NCBI GenBank assembly: GCA_002269645.1 | Contig: NIVC01000085.1 | Coordinates: forward strand, 682,001-746,000 | Direction: 5' to 3' | DNA: 64,000 nt | Origin: Macrostomum lignano | Lineage: Eukaryota | In this document: piece after piece, positions 31,228 to 44,050 of the stretch | How positions within the stretch are numbered: position 1 is the first letter of the stretch | Layout of the letters: the number at the start of each line of letters is the position of its first letter | The notes under the pieces: model-generated | Database searches by the model: none | Seen by the model: only the letters and a program-made list of their open reading frames with translations | What the model was told of the DNA's origin: nothing | Position numbers and translations under genes: made by a program

Positions 31228-31918
31228 GACTGTCGAACAATTGAAGTCTGCCACGTGGAGCCCATGAGCCCCTTTTAAACCTATCCAGGCCTCCCATTTG
31301 TCGGCTTGAATCCTAGTTTGCCCTTCTTATTTTCTTGCCATTTTGGACAGTCTGAGGACTCTCTTGCTGTGCCAGCATCAGCTGCCTGGTCCGTGCCCGG
31401 TTTCCAGTTAGGTGAACCCTATCTGGGTCCCGCATTTCGAGATTGTTGTTGGCTGCACTCCTTTCTCTCTTGCTGCTCACCCAACTTTTGCTTATCATGC
31501 ATTTTGACCTCCCCTTTTTGTGCATGCTCCCTAGGGCTCTGCCAATTGACTCCCAGCATCCCATCAAACATATTTAGGCACCCTTTTGTTTTATGTTATT
31601 AGTCAGGCTGGCGCCCCTGTCATTACTTTAGCCAATTAACAGGGCGTCAGCCCGCATTTAACTTCAAATCAGTTTAAGCTCCCTTTTACTTAGCATTATT
31701 GCATTTACGCGTACTTTGATCAGGTCAGCCGGTTATTAATTCAACATCATATCTCTTGCTCAATTTTTTAGGTGGAACTTTTGTCAACTTTATGTTGCCT
31801 AATCTCAGTTAACGCCACACATTTTCTCATTTGTTTTATTAAGTACAAATTTATTTTTGTTCAGTTTTAAATAAAGCGGCTACGCTTCTACTCCGCCTCA
31901 TCATTTGAACGGGGAGAG

Positions 31919-33155
31919 TGAATTGAGCACTAGTTTAGTGTTAGGTGCCCCCATTGCAGCTGTGCCCTGAGCCCTTCTGAGCTGTTGGCTGCCGCTAGCT
32001 GCAGCTCTCCCCCTTTCTCTCCCTCTCTCTCCCTCTCCCGCTCCCTCTCTCTCTCTCCCTCCCACATTGTCCTTTTGTCTGCCTGCACTCCCCCTTTTTC
32101 CCCCTTTTTCCAGTTTGTTTGTGTTCCCAGTGTCTGAGCTCCTCCGCTCAGCCTGTCCTTTATTCATCGTCTGTCTGGCCTTCCCCCCCTCTTTCTTGTG
32201 TAGCTGCATTTGTTCTCTCTGTCCGGCCTGCACGGTAGCGGATCACATGCCCCGGCGCTCTGTCCTTTTCTTGCGCTGCCTTGTGCAATCTTGGGTGTCA
32301 GTCTCTAAATTTGGAATAGCATCCTTGCCTCTCAGACGGGGCTCCGCGCTTGTTTCTAAAAATAGAACTGAATCACGCCAGGTTGGGGGGCACAGTAAGA
32401 GCGGCCTTGCACACTCTAGTGCAATGGGGTGTTGCACGGTATGGTGAAATCGATCTGCTATCTTATAAGTATAGGCCTCTCGTGCCTCTGTTTGGCAAAG
32501 TTTCTCCCAACCCTTCTGTTAACCCTCCTCTCAACTCCGTGCTTAACCTCTCCTTCTGCCGCCCTTCATTTACAAGTCTGGGCTAACATTACGCTCACTT
32601 ATAAGGCTCACACAGCTCGCGCTAGCTCTTGCCAACTTAACTCAAATTCTGATTCATCTTCGACTAAGTGCCTGAGTGTGAGCTAAAACCCCGGACAAGT
32701 TAACCAGAAACTAGCACAGTTCCTCCTCCCGCACTCGAGCCCAGCAAGACCGCTGACAAGGTGTGCACCAGTGCAAACTGTCAAATCTGCACAGCGTGCT
32801 GAGTTCTCGTGTCTCATTTATTTTGCTCAGCCTGGAGTCTCCCTTACTGAAAGACAAGATCTGAGCGAGCTGGTGGCAGCACTACCTACGCTACAAGTAT
32901 CATTTCTAAGAAACAGGCAGTTAGAGGTCACTGCCCTATGCCAGAAGACCTGCCAAGCCGTCTCGGGTCAACATCAAGGAAGCCTGTACTTCACTGGTGG
33001 CAACAAATTGATTGAAGGCCTCTAGACAACAACAGGCAAGACAAACTAGAAACCACCAAAAACACCTACAAGTACTTCATTGGTGGCAGCGGTGGGATTC
33101 AAAGACCTGCCAGGCCACTTCTAGACAGCAAGAAACAAAGAGTACCAACACTTCA
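31919..33155 (+). repeat. 3' LTR-like region of the gypsy element containing internal U5-PBS units
   Basis: Starts TGAATTG after the purine tract. CTTCA-N-TGGTGGCA junctions at 32993 and 33079; terminal CTTCA at 33155. Confidence 0.65.
33081..33100 (+). promoter_or_regulatory. Second intact tRNA-Leu primer-binding site near the element 3' end
   Basis: TGGTGGCAGCGGTGGGATTC, 1 nt after AGTACTTCA. Confidence 0.8.
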
Positions 33156-33347
33156 AGTACATTTTAATGATTTATAGTTAGAATTTGCAAATTAACAATT
33201 GCTTTTGCTTAATACTAATTTAGCTTTTGTATTATTGTTTTTGTTTGCATTTAAACAAACATATGTATTATATATTATGTGAATTATTGATTACATATTA
33301 AATACCACTCAAAAAAACAATCTAAAAATTAAAATAAAAGTATTATA

Positions 33348-34284
33348 CTTTGGGTGTGTCATAAGTAATGTCACTGCAGGCTTCTGTCTAAAATATGTAG
33401 GCACATGGACTTGTGGGTAGCATAGCTGCAAAGTATACTTAGTGAAGCAATACCAGTGCATTTGAGACGTGCCTAGGTTGTTTATGGCCCAAGCTATCGC
33501 AAGAATACGCCAAGCAGATTTAGCAAGTGCAACGTGATGAAAAATTGTCTATGCAGCAAACTAAAATCACCATGAATCCCGACAAGACGCCTGCATCAAG
33601 CAGATCCGCAAGGTGTTCAGCAGGCGGGGCTTGAATGATATCCTAAACTGCCTGGTTGCTGAGGATGAAAGCTGGCTCCACCTGGATGGCAAGGGCAGCA
33701 AGGCAGACAATCGCTGCTGGCTGGGAGCTGGGGACTCCAGGGCAACTGTGACCAGGAAGTCCATCTTGGACAAGAAGACCATGCTGCTGGTAGCCTTCAC
33801 GCCAAATGAATGAGTCTCCATTTGCACAACTCCACTGAACACCAAAGTCGATGGCCAGTATTTTATCGACTTTATCCGGCACACTGGAGACCTCTGGCGC
33901 AATCTCCAGTCAAATCCATGTCACCTGGACGAGGTTCTGTGGCAGATGGACACCGCACGGCTGCACACCTGTAAGGCTTTTTCGAATTTTCTGCCTGCAT
34001 GGTGAGTGAATCTGCTCTGACAGAGTCCCTACAGCCCAGACTTCAACTTGTGCAAGAGATTCCTGTTCAAATGGCTGAAGGCTGAATTTTCCAAGAAGAG
34101 TTTCGCAAACCATAAAGAGGTCAAACAGGCCGCATTGCACTGGTTATGGCAGTTGGAGGAAAAACACCTGTAGGCTGATTGATATTGGGGGACTCTATGT
34201 TATTGAGTGGTACAGTTTTGTTCATCTGCGATTGCAAGTTTGTCTGTTTTCACATCAGTGACATTACTTATGACACACCCGAAG
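33348..34284 (+). mobile_element. Internally deleted, decayed mariner (Tc1/mariner) element
   Basis: 29-bp TIRs CTT(T/C)GGGTGTGTCATAAGTAATGTCACTG with TA TSDs. Transposase remnants AEDESWL, WQMDTARLH and QSPYSPDFNLC...FLFKWLK with stops. Confidence 0.9.
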
Positions 34285-35205
34285 TAGACTAAACAAGGCT
34301 ATATGTATATCAAATCTGGCATAGCATTAAAACAATAAATGACATATTATTATTAATACATAAAGACATTCTATATGTCTAGTTTATTAAAAGGTTTTTA
34401 GATTATAACAATATAAGATTAGTTTGTAGTTTATTTGTTATTTTATTATAATAAAATATACTAAAAATACTAATACTATTTAGTCTAAGTCTACTTTAAT
34501 TTACTATAAGCCATAACTATATACATACTCAAAGTACATATTATATAATAATTAATAATAGTATAAATATTAGTATGTATGTATACTATTAGTATTATAA
34601 TATTATTTTACGTATATAGGCCCAGCATAGACATAATATAGTACAGTTAAATAGTAATATTAATTTTATAATTTAACTGTTACAATTATTTTACAATAAT
34701 TTTATAATAAGTGTTAATAATTACTTATACTAAAAATAAAAAAATAAAGTAAATGTAATTTGGGCCTACTGCCTACTCAAACATTTTTGCAATAGAAGCT
34801 TACTGATTATGTTATATCCAGACTCTAACAGTCTTTTTGACTTATAATTTATGATTGATAACTTTAACTTATAATTACCTACTACACAAACAATAGAAAT
34901 TGGCATTAGTCCTTATAGATAGTCTATCTATTGATTTTATTTATCTATTCTAGGCCTATTGATTATCTATGATTTAATTGTAGATATAAGCCTTAGGCTA
35001 TTAGATTATGAATATGATAAATTTATGAACTTGAATTTATTATTTTACTTCAGTAGAACTTATGATTAGATAGACCTTTAGATTCTTATAATTTGCATTT
35101 GTATTATATCTATAGATTATATATACAACTAAATAAACACAAGGCTACCGCTTAACTTATACTTAACATTCTAAGAAAGAGTGAAGACTCTGAAGAGTCA
35201 AGAGT

Positions 35206-35465
35206 GGGCCTTTTCATATTACCAATTCTAGAACCAGAATCGGTTCGGAATTCCAAGAAAAACAGCAGTATAACTATTAAACTCTGTTAATATTTGACTG
35301 CTTTAACAATCTAACTTAGCACAATTTTTCACTTTCTTCTTGGCAATTGTCATTCAATAATAAAAACTTTATAGTACGTATCTCCATCTAGTTATGGAGA
35401 CAAAAAGTTATACTTCACAAATTGGTTCTGGTTCTAGAACCAGAGCAAGCAATATGAAAAGGCCC
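35206..35465. mobile_element. PIF/Harbinger-like MITE
   Basis: TIR GGGCCTTTTCATATT / AATATGAAAAGGCCC, 3-bp TSD AGT, inner TTCTAGAACCAGA motifs at both ends. Confidence 0.65.
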
Positions 35466-37799
35466 AGTGAAGATGTCAAAAGTAAAAAAAGTTTAAGTTT
35501 ATACTAATATACTAGATAAATTATCATCATTCATCATTGATTAAAAAGGCCAAATTTAATGTGATCAAAGATCATATGATTTTTATATAATTTTTCATAC
35601 ATTTTAATATCTTACATAAGGCTATAGCCATAGGCTATATGACTTAATAGGATTTAAAGAGTTATTTTGTTTTATATTTTAAGGCAGTGCATGAAAAATA
35701 GCTTAAGCATGGTTAAGCCTTTAAAGAAAAATGGTTATAAGACCGCACCTACTTTTTTAATTTTAAGGGTGCAATTTTAAAATTTAGGGTGCATACGCAC
35801 ACTCTGCGCATAAAAAAAACCCTGGCAGACCTGAACAACGACGGAGGCATTCATTGACTGTTGCCTGTCCCCCCGGCGCCCTGCGCCTGTGGTAGGCTGG
35901 TCTACCACTGGGGTTCAGGCAGCGGTTGGCGACAGTGTAATGTCTCCCTCCGGAGGAGTGACAGTTGACATCACTGATGGCTCCCTTGAAGGATTATTAA
36001 CTTTCCCTTGGTTGTTCCCACCTTTGTTCCCCCTGCTGTTCCTTCCCTTGGTCCCGCCTTTGTTTTAATGTGTTTTCCCGGGTTTTGCCCCCCTTTTTCC
36101 AGCTTGTGCCCCACCCAGTGTTCCCTTCTTTTTTCCCCTCCTTGATGTATATGAATTTTTTAATATATACAACCATTTTCCTGTCGCTCTTTTTTTCCCT
36201 CCTTAAACCCTCCTCCACCTCCACCTTCTTCCCTCCTTCTCTGTATATTGTCTTTTGTGGAGTTAACACTCAATTACTTATTGGAATTTGCGTAGCATTC
36301 TAGCTTTTAGTTTGTTAATCAACTCTCGGCATGCCAAGTCACTCTGTTGTAGGAAGACTTTATTAATTAATATTACGACCAATAACTCCTAATAAGCTTG
36401 CTTCTATTACTTATTTACTTTGCGCAAAAATAATACCAACAAGCTATATGGCCAATAATTATTCATTTATTCAGTTGCTCTTAATTGAGGCCTTTTAGTC
36501 TCTATTGAATCATTTGCCCACAAGGCATGAAATAACCAATTAGTCTCAACTCAAAGAAAGCTCTGAGACCCCTATTGTTCCGTAACATGAAATTACGGTA
36601 GTGGCAGTGCTACTTTACTATTGATAGTAACAAATCGAGCATATTGACAGATCACAAATTTTACGGTGTCTGAGGACCAAATTTGAATGACTAATGCCAC
36701 TAAAGACTGCTTGACTGCGATTTACAACTCCCTCCCCCTTAGAATTGAGGACTTCGGCAGACGGAGTAACCAAGGAGAAGAAACAGTGCATCAACTTGAG
36801 AAATTTTCCAGCTTTACGAGTGCTAAGACAATGCAGGTGGCAATTCAAGCATAAGAAACCCGAACATTTCCCTTTTCTTCTCCATCTCCACCTCACTATT
36901 ATTGTCATTTGTGTGTCAACTTTTGTAATACATTTTTCACTGAAGCATTCATAATCATTTATAATTTTGCATGCCTTACTAAATTACTAATACCTGTTTT
37001 AATAGTTTATATAGTGCTGAAATAAATCCTTTCTGCTTTTTATATTTATATCCTTTTTGATATAAATCATGTATTCTATTCATTTTATTTTTTTATTATT
37101 GCTATTAACAAGACAATTAATTTAATAAACAAACCAATTAATTATTATTTGCCTATATGTTTACATTTGCCTTAACTTGAAATATATTTTTTGTTCAAAA
37201 TTTATCTGGCATATTTGCTAAAACCATATATATACAAGTAAAAATACACAAAAGAAAACCAACTTGGAACTTGTTCTTGTATCATGCTATTTGGCCTCTG
37301 TTGAAGGCCAATTCCAATTCCAATATAAGTCAGCCTTGTTCATTTAAAGGTATCCTGTCTTTCTTTCCTTTTCCCAGGGATGCTCCAATTCCATTAGCAA
37401 TATGCAGTTTTCTCTCCTATCCCTGCGAAGAACATATAGCTCCTTTTCTTGGTAATTTGGCCATCTTTTCCATTTCTAATTTGAATAGGCATGCTGCATT
37501 TCCCCTTTCTTTATTAACCTCATATTAACCTTATTAACCTTTATTAACCTGTCTAACCTGGTGCTCTGCCAACTCCTTTATCTAGACTCATTGTCTGCCT
37601 AAGCATTTGCCTATCCTTAAACCTTCTTTGGCTTCTTATAATTAGGCAAACTGCCTCCTTGCCCTACTAAACTTTGTACTCTATACCCCATTTCCTTATT
37701 TGGAATCTTACCTCCTTACCCAATTCCCTATTAAGCGCCCTACTATCTATGCTAACATTCTAGGCCTATTAGATACTATAATTCCCTACTATCCCATTT

Positions 37800-38473
37800 G
37801 GTATCCAGTCAATCCGGCGACAAGATGATCCGGCGACAGAAGATCCGGTGACAGTCAATCCGGTGACAGACGATCTGGCGACAGATATTAAATCAAACAT
37901 ATAACAGCATATATATAGATTAGTTGAGCTATTATTTTTAGCTCTTTGACTTTGTTATTAACTATTAATACTTAAATAATTAAATAACAATTACATAAAC
38001 TATAATTGTTGCAGTTATATTTTTATAGCTGTACATAGCTGTTGATTTTCAAAATGTTCTTTTCAAAGACAATCAATAAATTTAATCTGCTTGGAAAGCA
38101 AGTTTCTATAACTATGATCAATTTTGTTGTATATATTGTATTTGCGACAGTATTCGAGAGTCAAAGAACCAAAAAATTGCTATTTGCACAGCAACTTGTA
38201 CGTGTTATTTTTAACACGTACATCACATGTAACTTGCATTTAATGTAACAAATACTGCATAGATAATAGTAGTATATATAATAATAATATGATAATAATA
38301 GTATTAATAAAAAAAAGCTACAAATAATAGCTTAACTAATCCATATATATCATGATATACATTGATTTAATATCTGTCGCCAGATCATTTGTCGCCAGAT
38401 TGACTGTTGCCAGATCGTCTATCGCCGGATTGACTGTCGCTGGATTGTCTTGTCGCCAGACTGTCTGGAAGCC
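37800..38473. mobile_element. MITE with ~100-bp TIRs built of (A/T)TCCGGCGACA repeats
   Basis: Left arm GGTATCCAG...CGACAGATATTAAATCAA is inverted at the right end. Flanks TCCCATTT / TCCTATTT form an 8-bp TSD with one mismatch. Confidence 0.75.
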
Positions 38474-38798
38474 TCCTATTTCCCATTTCTAAGGTAAAAA
38501 GTTTTATGTTTTTATATACATTTGTTTGTTTTGTATATTTGCCCTTTAGGAAAAAGTTATAAAAACAAGCTAAAGCCAAAGATGGCATCCAGCGCACTTT
38601 CAAAATTTTTCTAAGCGCCTTGCCCTTTCTTACTGTCTGCTGCTCTAACAAATAAATGGATTACAGTCATTTCGGTGACAAGACGTTTCGGTGACAGTCC
38701 TTTTGGTGACAAGCAGAAGTCATTACAGTGACAAGAAAAATACAATTTTAGTTATAGCCATTCTGTTTTTAAACAGAAAATTACTTAGAAAATCTTAA

Positions 38799-41700
38799 CA
38801 CTCCTCCCCTGAAGAGAGAGTTTGGTCAATGAAATATACCCTAAAAAATATTGATTTCCCATGAATCTATGACCCAACAGAAGTCCAAAAAAGCAATAGT
38901 TGAAATCCTATCGCATTGTCTGCATAGTGTACAGGTATGCTAATTAGTACAGTGATTTTTAGTACCAGGTAGGTACTACAAGAAGAACAAGAAGGTCTGA
39001 GAGAACATGGCAACCATCCTGCAGCAATGAAAATGCTAAAACAAGGTAGAATTTACGTTTCTGTTCATTCTCTGTCACTTATGGTTCATTAATAGTATTT
39101 TTATGACCTGTCCATACCTGTGTACACCTGAAAATTATGTTTTTGCATACTATATTGTGCTGAATTCACACCAGGGCGTGTATCTTCACACTTATCATTG
39201 TACGAGCGTATTTACATGTATATGCTCGTGGCTCAAAATAAATTGAATTCAATATTCTGGCTGCAGACTTTTCTTTCTGTTTCAATAAGCTATTTGGCCC
39301 CACAGACATCTCCAGATGATGAGGCAGTCAGAACTAGGAGACAAGTTAATTCCAGTGTTTTCTTCAGAACAAAAAGAAATAGCAAGCAGCAGCTGCTACA
39401 CTTTTACTAAACTTTTACTGAAATTAAAGTTACTGTAAGTGAGACAACTAGCTATGAAAATGAAAAGGGTATATTTGAGTGAGATACTCTAGGTTGACAT
39501 TTATAAGCTGAGTGAAAGCGTACAATACACGATTGAGTGTGATATGGGGTGGGGCGATCAATAATTTGGGGGAATGTACGTATGAGCTACATAAATATGC
39601 ATGCAATATATTAGACTAATTGAGCGTGCAGGTAGAAATACAAGAAAGAATAATAAAAAAATACCGCGACACTGGCTGCTCCAGAACAATGCCAAACAAC
39701 AAGCGCTCACATGAAGAAAATCGAAGATGTGTGTGCATCTTGTGCTTTCAGAAGGGAGACCGACCGCTGACAGCCACTCTTGAAGCGCTGATTGAATGCC
39801 ATGTGCTGCCAGGCTTCGCTGACCATCGTGGATTTCTGCCTTTAAGCATCTGCAACTCCTGCAGAATCAAGCTGATGTCACAAAGCAGCCTTGCACCAAC
39901 ACCTCTGCCGCCAAAAATGCCCTACGAGCAAGTTATTGCAGATCTGCGCTGTCTTCCCCCACTCACTCGCGAACGCCCTGATTGCAACTGCTGGGTGTGC
40001 CATGTGAGCTCCAGCAGAGCCAACAAGAATGTGGCTGTATATCACCCTTTCATGCCAGATGAGTCTGCTGCTAGTATTGCGACGCCACTTGGTCGCCCTC
40101 CAAATAAGGCACCTGGGCCAATGGAAGACAGTGTCGTCAAACGCTGTGAGATGTGCTCATCGCCAGTGGCACGTGGATTGAGGCACCAGTGTGGACAGGC
40201 GGCAAAACTGCGCTATCTTGATGCCCTAAGCCCCTACTCAAGGGAGCACGTAGCCTGCGGTCTTCTGCGTGAGAAGCTGGGTGTAGCCACCTCTTCTGGC
40301 TCCTTAGCAACTGCAAGCCTGACTTCTGGCACAGGTGGGCGCCCACTCCAAGTTCAAGTGGCTGGTACATCAACTACCAAGATTGCGTCGGTCCAGCATA
40401 GCACTATGCGAGCCGTAAAGACTGCACTCAACCTCAGCACCAGTCAGACGCTACGTGCGGCTCAAGTGATCAGAGAAGCGTCCGGCAGCAAAAAGGCCGT
40501 GCAGTCTGGGCTGAAGGAGTTTCTGTTTGCTGAAGGTCAGAGTGTCGCCAAGTTTTTTACAGCTGAGCAGCGGCAGTTTTTCCGCAAACAGCCTAATGGA
40601 CAAGAGTGTGTGATCGAACGGTCTGTCGTGTTCTGCCAGGATGTATACACTTTTCTGGCGCATGTCAGTAACTCGAGAGGCACTGCTGAGATGCACCAGA
40701 GAGTGAAACTTGCGATTGATGGAGGAGGCAATTCCTTAAAGGTGTGCGTCAGCGTTACCGTGGATGGCAGAGGATGCACTTCGTCTGCCCAATTTAACCA
40801 ATTTATGGACTCTGGAGTGAAAAAGATCCTCATCCTGGCCCTTGTTGAGGATGTCAAAGAATGCTACCAGAACGTTAGTGTACTAATGTCAACCATCAAC
40901 ATCAGCTCTATTAACTTCACGTTGGCCTGCGATTTTAAACTGGCAAACATAATCAGCGGGATCCAGAGCCATTCTTCATCGCATCCCTGCCTGTACTGTG
41001 AGGGCAGGCCTCCATGGGAAGTACCAGCACAAAGGAGGACGCTCGGCTCAATTCGACACCTGGCAAGTGAGTTTCAGGCAGCTGGTGGACACCAGCCTCT
41101 AGCCAAAAACTTTGCCAACTGCGTCCAGCCTCCACTGCTACCTGGGAGCGATTCTGCTGAACTGCTGGACGTGGTACCACCGCCAGAGCTGCACATGATG
41201 CTTGGCATTGTGAACCGATTGCTTGATGCTCTCAATGCAAGCTGGGGTGGCAACAAGGCCTACGAGTGGGCCTATGAAGCAGGCATCTGCAGGCAGCAGT
41301 ATCATGGAGGTTGCCTGGAAGGCCCAGCGTGCAAAAAGCTCCTTCTGAAGGCAAGTGAGCTGTGGAGCGTGTTGCCTCCACACCTGAAGCTCTACGCAAC
41401 AGCACTTCAAGACTTCAACGCTGTGCGCGAAGCTTGCTTTGGCCAAAGTCTGGCAGCTGATTACAGTCTCTACATTGCTCACTTTTAGACAACATGTAGG
41501 TACCTCGAGCTTTCAGTTACGCCAAAGATGCACGCGCTTTTTGACCATATGCCAGCGTTCTGCGGCAAGTATGGCAAGGGGCTTGGCAGCTTTAGTGAAC
41601 AGGCTGTTGAATCAGCCCACAGTGACTTCGAAGCCACCTGGCAGCGCTATAAGCGCCCCCTAAATCATCCTCAGTATAGCACGTGTCTATTGCAATCCAT

Positions 41701-42569
41701 CATAAACTATAATTCATTTCACATCTGAGCCAAATATGTCATAACTTGTAACTTGCAAATTCCAATTTACTACTGCCAAGATAACTACAAGTAAACTGTT
41801 GAAAAAAGTAGTTAGTAGTTAGTACATTGGTTTTGCTGTTACATTCAATGCTTGTATTTTGACAACCCACTAAACTCGTATGTTTGTATTGGGTAAAGCA
41901 GAAAGTTGTCGCAGGTTTTAAGGCCTTCTATGAAATGAAGTGCTTGAAGTACATGTAATGGTACTGTATCACAGTAGCTGGAACTTGAATTTGGGTTTGC
42001 TTTCAACTATTCTAGCTATTTTACTCTAGTTATTCTACCCATGTAGTCATTTGCCGCCAAAAACAGCTTGTAATTCCCAATGACCTCTGCTTATGCTTTC
42101 TGTTTTTGTGAAACTTTTCTCTCTTCAATAGTTACTGGCTTTGTTTTGACTCTCAGTGCCAGTCTATCGCTGCACTGCTCCAAAAACTTTAAAAAATTGA
42201 AAACATTACTAGGAAAGCACAAGCTCCATGTGTAAATTAATCTCAGTCAGGTATGGACAGGTAATAAAAATACTATTAATGAACCATAAGTGATAGAGAA
42301 TGAATAGAAACGTAAATTCTACCTTGTTTTAGCATTTTCGTTGCTGCAGGATGGTTGCCATGTTCTCTCAGACCTTCTTGTTCTTCTTGTAGTACCTACC
42401 TGGTACTAAAAATCACTGTACTAATTAGCATACCTGTACACTATGCAGACAATGCGATAGGATTTCAACTATTGCTTTTTTGGACTTCTGTTGGGTCATA
42501 GATTCATGGGAAATCAATATTTTTTAGGGTATATTTCATTGACCAAACTCTCTCTTCAGGGGAGGCATG
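38799..42569 (+). mobile_element. DNA transposon with 322-bp TIRs, TTAA flanks and a Chapaev/Transib (RAG1-core-like) transposase
   Basis: Near-identical inverted arms 38799-39120 and 42248-42569. TTAA at 38795-38798 and 42570-42573. Left terminus CAC. Confidence 0.88.
39689..41728 (+). pseudogene. Chapaev/Transib-like DDE transposase, 680 codons with a single in-frame TAG at 41486-41488
   Basis: N-terminal H-x7-C-x2-C (SHEENRRCVCILC) and CNSC. Core LAIDGGG, ACDFKLAN...HPCLYC, PPPELHMMLG, TPKMHALFDH and SEQAVES, which parallel the RAG1/Transib D-D-CxxC-HxxxxH-E layout. The frame continues across the stop. Confidence 0.8.
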
Positions 42570-43564
42570 TTAAGGGATATTGAGCCTAAAATTTTATACT
42601 TTTTGAAACAGTTAAGTATTTCTGTATTTAATTTTGTTTATTTACAATTATAGAGTTGCAGTCTTTTGAATTATGTTTTCCAATTTAAACATGCAAAAGC
42701 ATCGACGAGTGAATATCTCCACCTTTTTTGTGGTCTGCATTTCATGAGGATTCTCTATAGGTTTATGGTTTATGTGTCTGAACACTCTGGGACAATTCAA
42801 AACAATCTGCACAGGAAGAAAACAATATAATTAGTTTGCTTTCTTTTCTTAAATATACTCTTTCAACAAAAATTTTTAAATATATTACTAAACATAAATC
42901 TTAACAAAATAACTACAACCGAATGGCGAAATCCAAAAACGTGGGATAAAGCGGTAAAACAAATCTGCGGACTTTGAATGGAAGGTAATGTATCCAAAAA
43001 AGCATTTTAAAGGACAGGTAAGTCTTTAAAAAAAAGTTCAGGACACAAACTTTCATTTTTATACCACTGCATTGCTGAATAAACGAGCAAAACCACTAAA
43101 AAAGCATTTTTAAAGTGCGTATTGACACCCTCGCGATTATTTTTTTCACTTTTTTTGCAAATAAACAATTAATTATAAGACTTTTTAGTCTCAAAAAGGG
43201 CTAATTTTTTCTTTTGCTTACAAAGGAGAAAGAATTCTGTGTTTTACTTTTTATTTTTTTTAAAAAGAACAAGCAGTTCAAAAGATTTTGAACTTTTTCT
43301 AAAACCACCTAAACTCTCAAAAACTCGATACTAACTCAAAGCGCAAACTTTGCCAGCAAACCTTTTTCTCCCGAAGTAAGTATACCACTTATTTCTTGTT
43401 GCAAAATAATCTTTAAGATGTCTTCTTTGATTTAAGTATTGACTTGTATCATGGTATTGTTCAGAATAGGCCATATTCAGGCTTTAAAAATTTCAGTGAA
43501 AAATTTTGGACCACAAAATTTAAATCCGGAAATCAAATCAAATGCATCCTGTAGACGAAGTAAG

Positions 43565-44050
43565 CAATGAAATATCATAAACTTACACTTAAATATGCAT
43601 CATCGCAGCATACATGCAGGAAAAAAAGAATTTTCTTGATAGGTATTGTAGAAGCTGAGAAAAACGCGATTTTCCAATCCTTATGGGAATTCTAATGTGT
43701 TACCCGGCTTCCAAAGTAAGCGCTTACTGTAAGCTTATTAAGCAACCAGGTATCGTGAAACTTCACTTAAATGTGTATCATCCCGGCGTGTATGCAGGAA
43801 AAAAAGAATTTTACAAATCGCTTTAGTAGAAGCTGAGTAAAATGCAATTTTCCAATCCTTATGGGAATTCTAATGTGTTACCCGGCTTCCAAATCAGATG
43901 CTTACTGTATGCTCATTAAGCGACGAGGAACAATGAAATTACACTAAAACATGTATCATCGCGGCGTGTATGCAGGAAAAAAAGAATTTTCCAAATCGCT
44001 TTAGTAGAAGCTGAGTAAAATGCAATTTTCCGATCCTTACGGGAATTTGT
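43565..44050 (+). repeat. 178-bp tandem repeat, about 2.7 diverged copies
   Basis: ATGCAGGAAAAAAAGAATTTT recurs at 43614, 43792 and 43970. Confidence 0.9.

Larger units (their letters stand above)
25381..33155 (+). mobile_element. Defective Ty3/gypsy LTR retrotransposon (no gag or protease visible; asymmetric LTRs)
   Basis: Termini TGAAG...CTTCA with 4-bp TSD AGTA (25377-25380, 33156-33159). tRNA-Leu PBS at 25407. RT-RNaseH-IN order. Polypurine tract near 31907-31918 followed by TGAA at 31919. Confidence 0.88.
25059..35824. mobile_element. Non-autonomous hAT-type DNA transposon carrying nested insertions
   Basis: Perfect 8-bp TSD GCAGACCT (25051-25058, 35825-35832). TIRs C(T/A)GGGTTTTTTTT. 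Subterminal GGTGCAATTTTAA motifs at both ends; AT-rich interior. Confidence 0.85.

Noticed and set aside
32850-33155. CRISPR-like reading of the repeat-spacer units, or of the 42-bp repeats at 20579-20777
   Set aside because: Eukaryotic context, no cas genes and too few units. The repeated motif is a tRNA primer-binding site plus LTR end.
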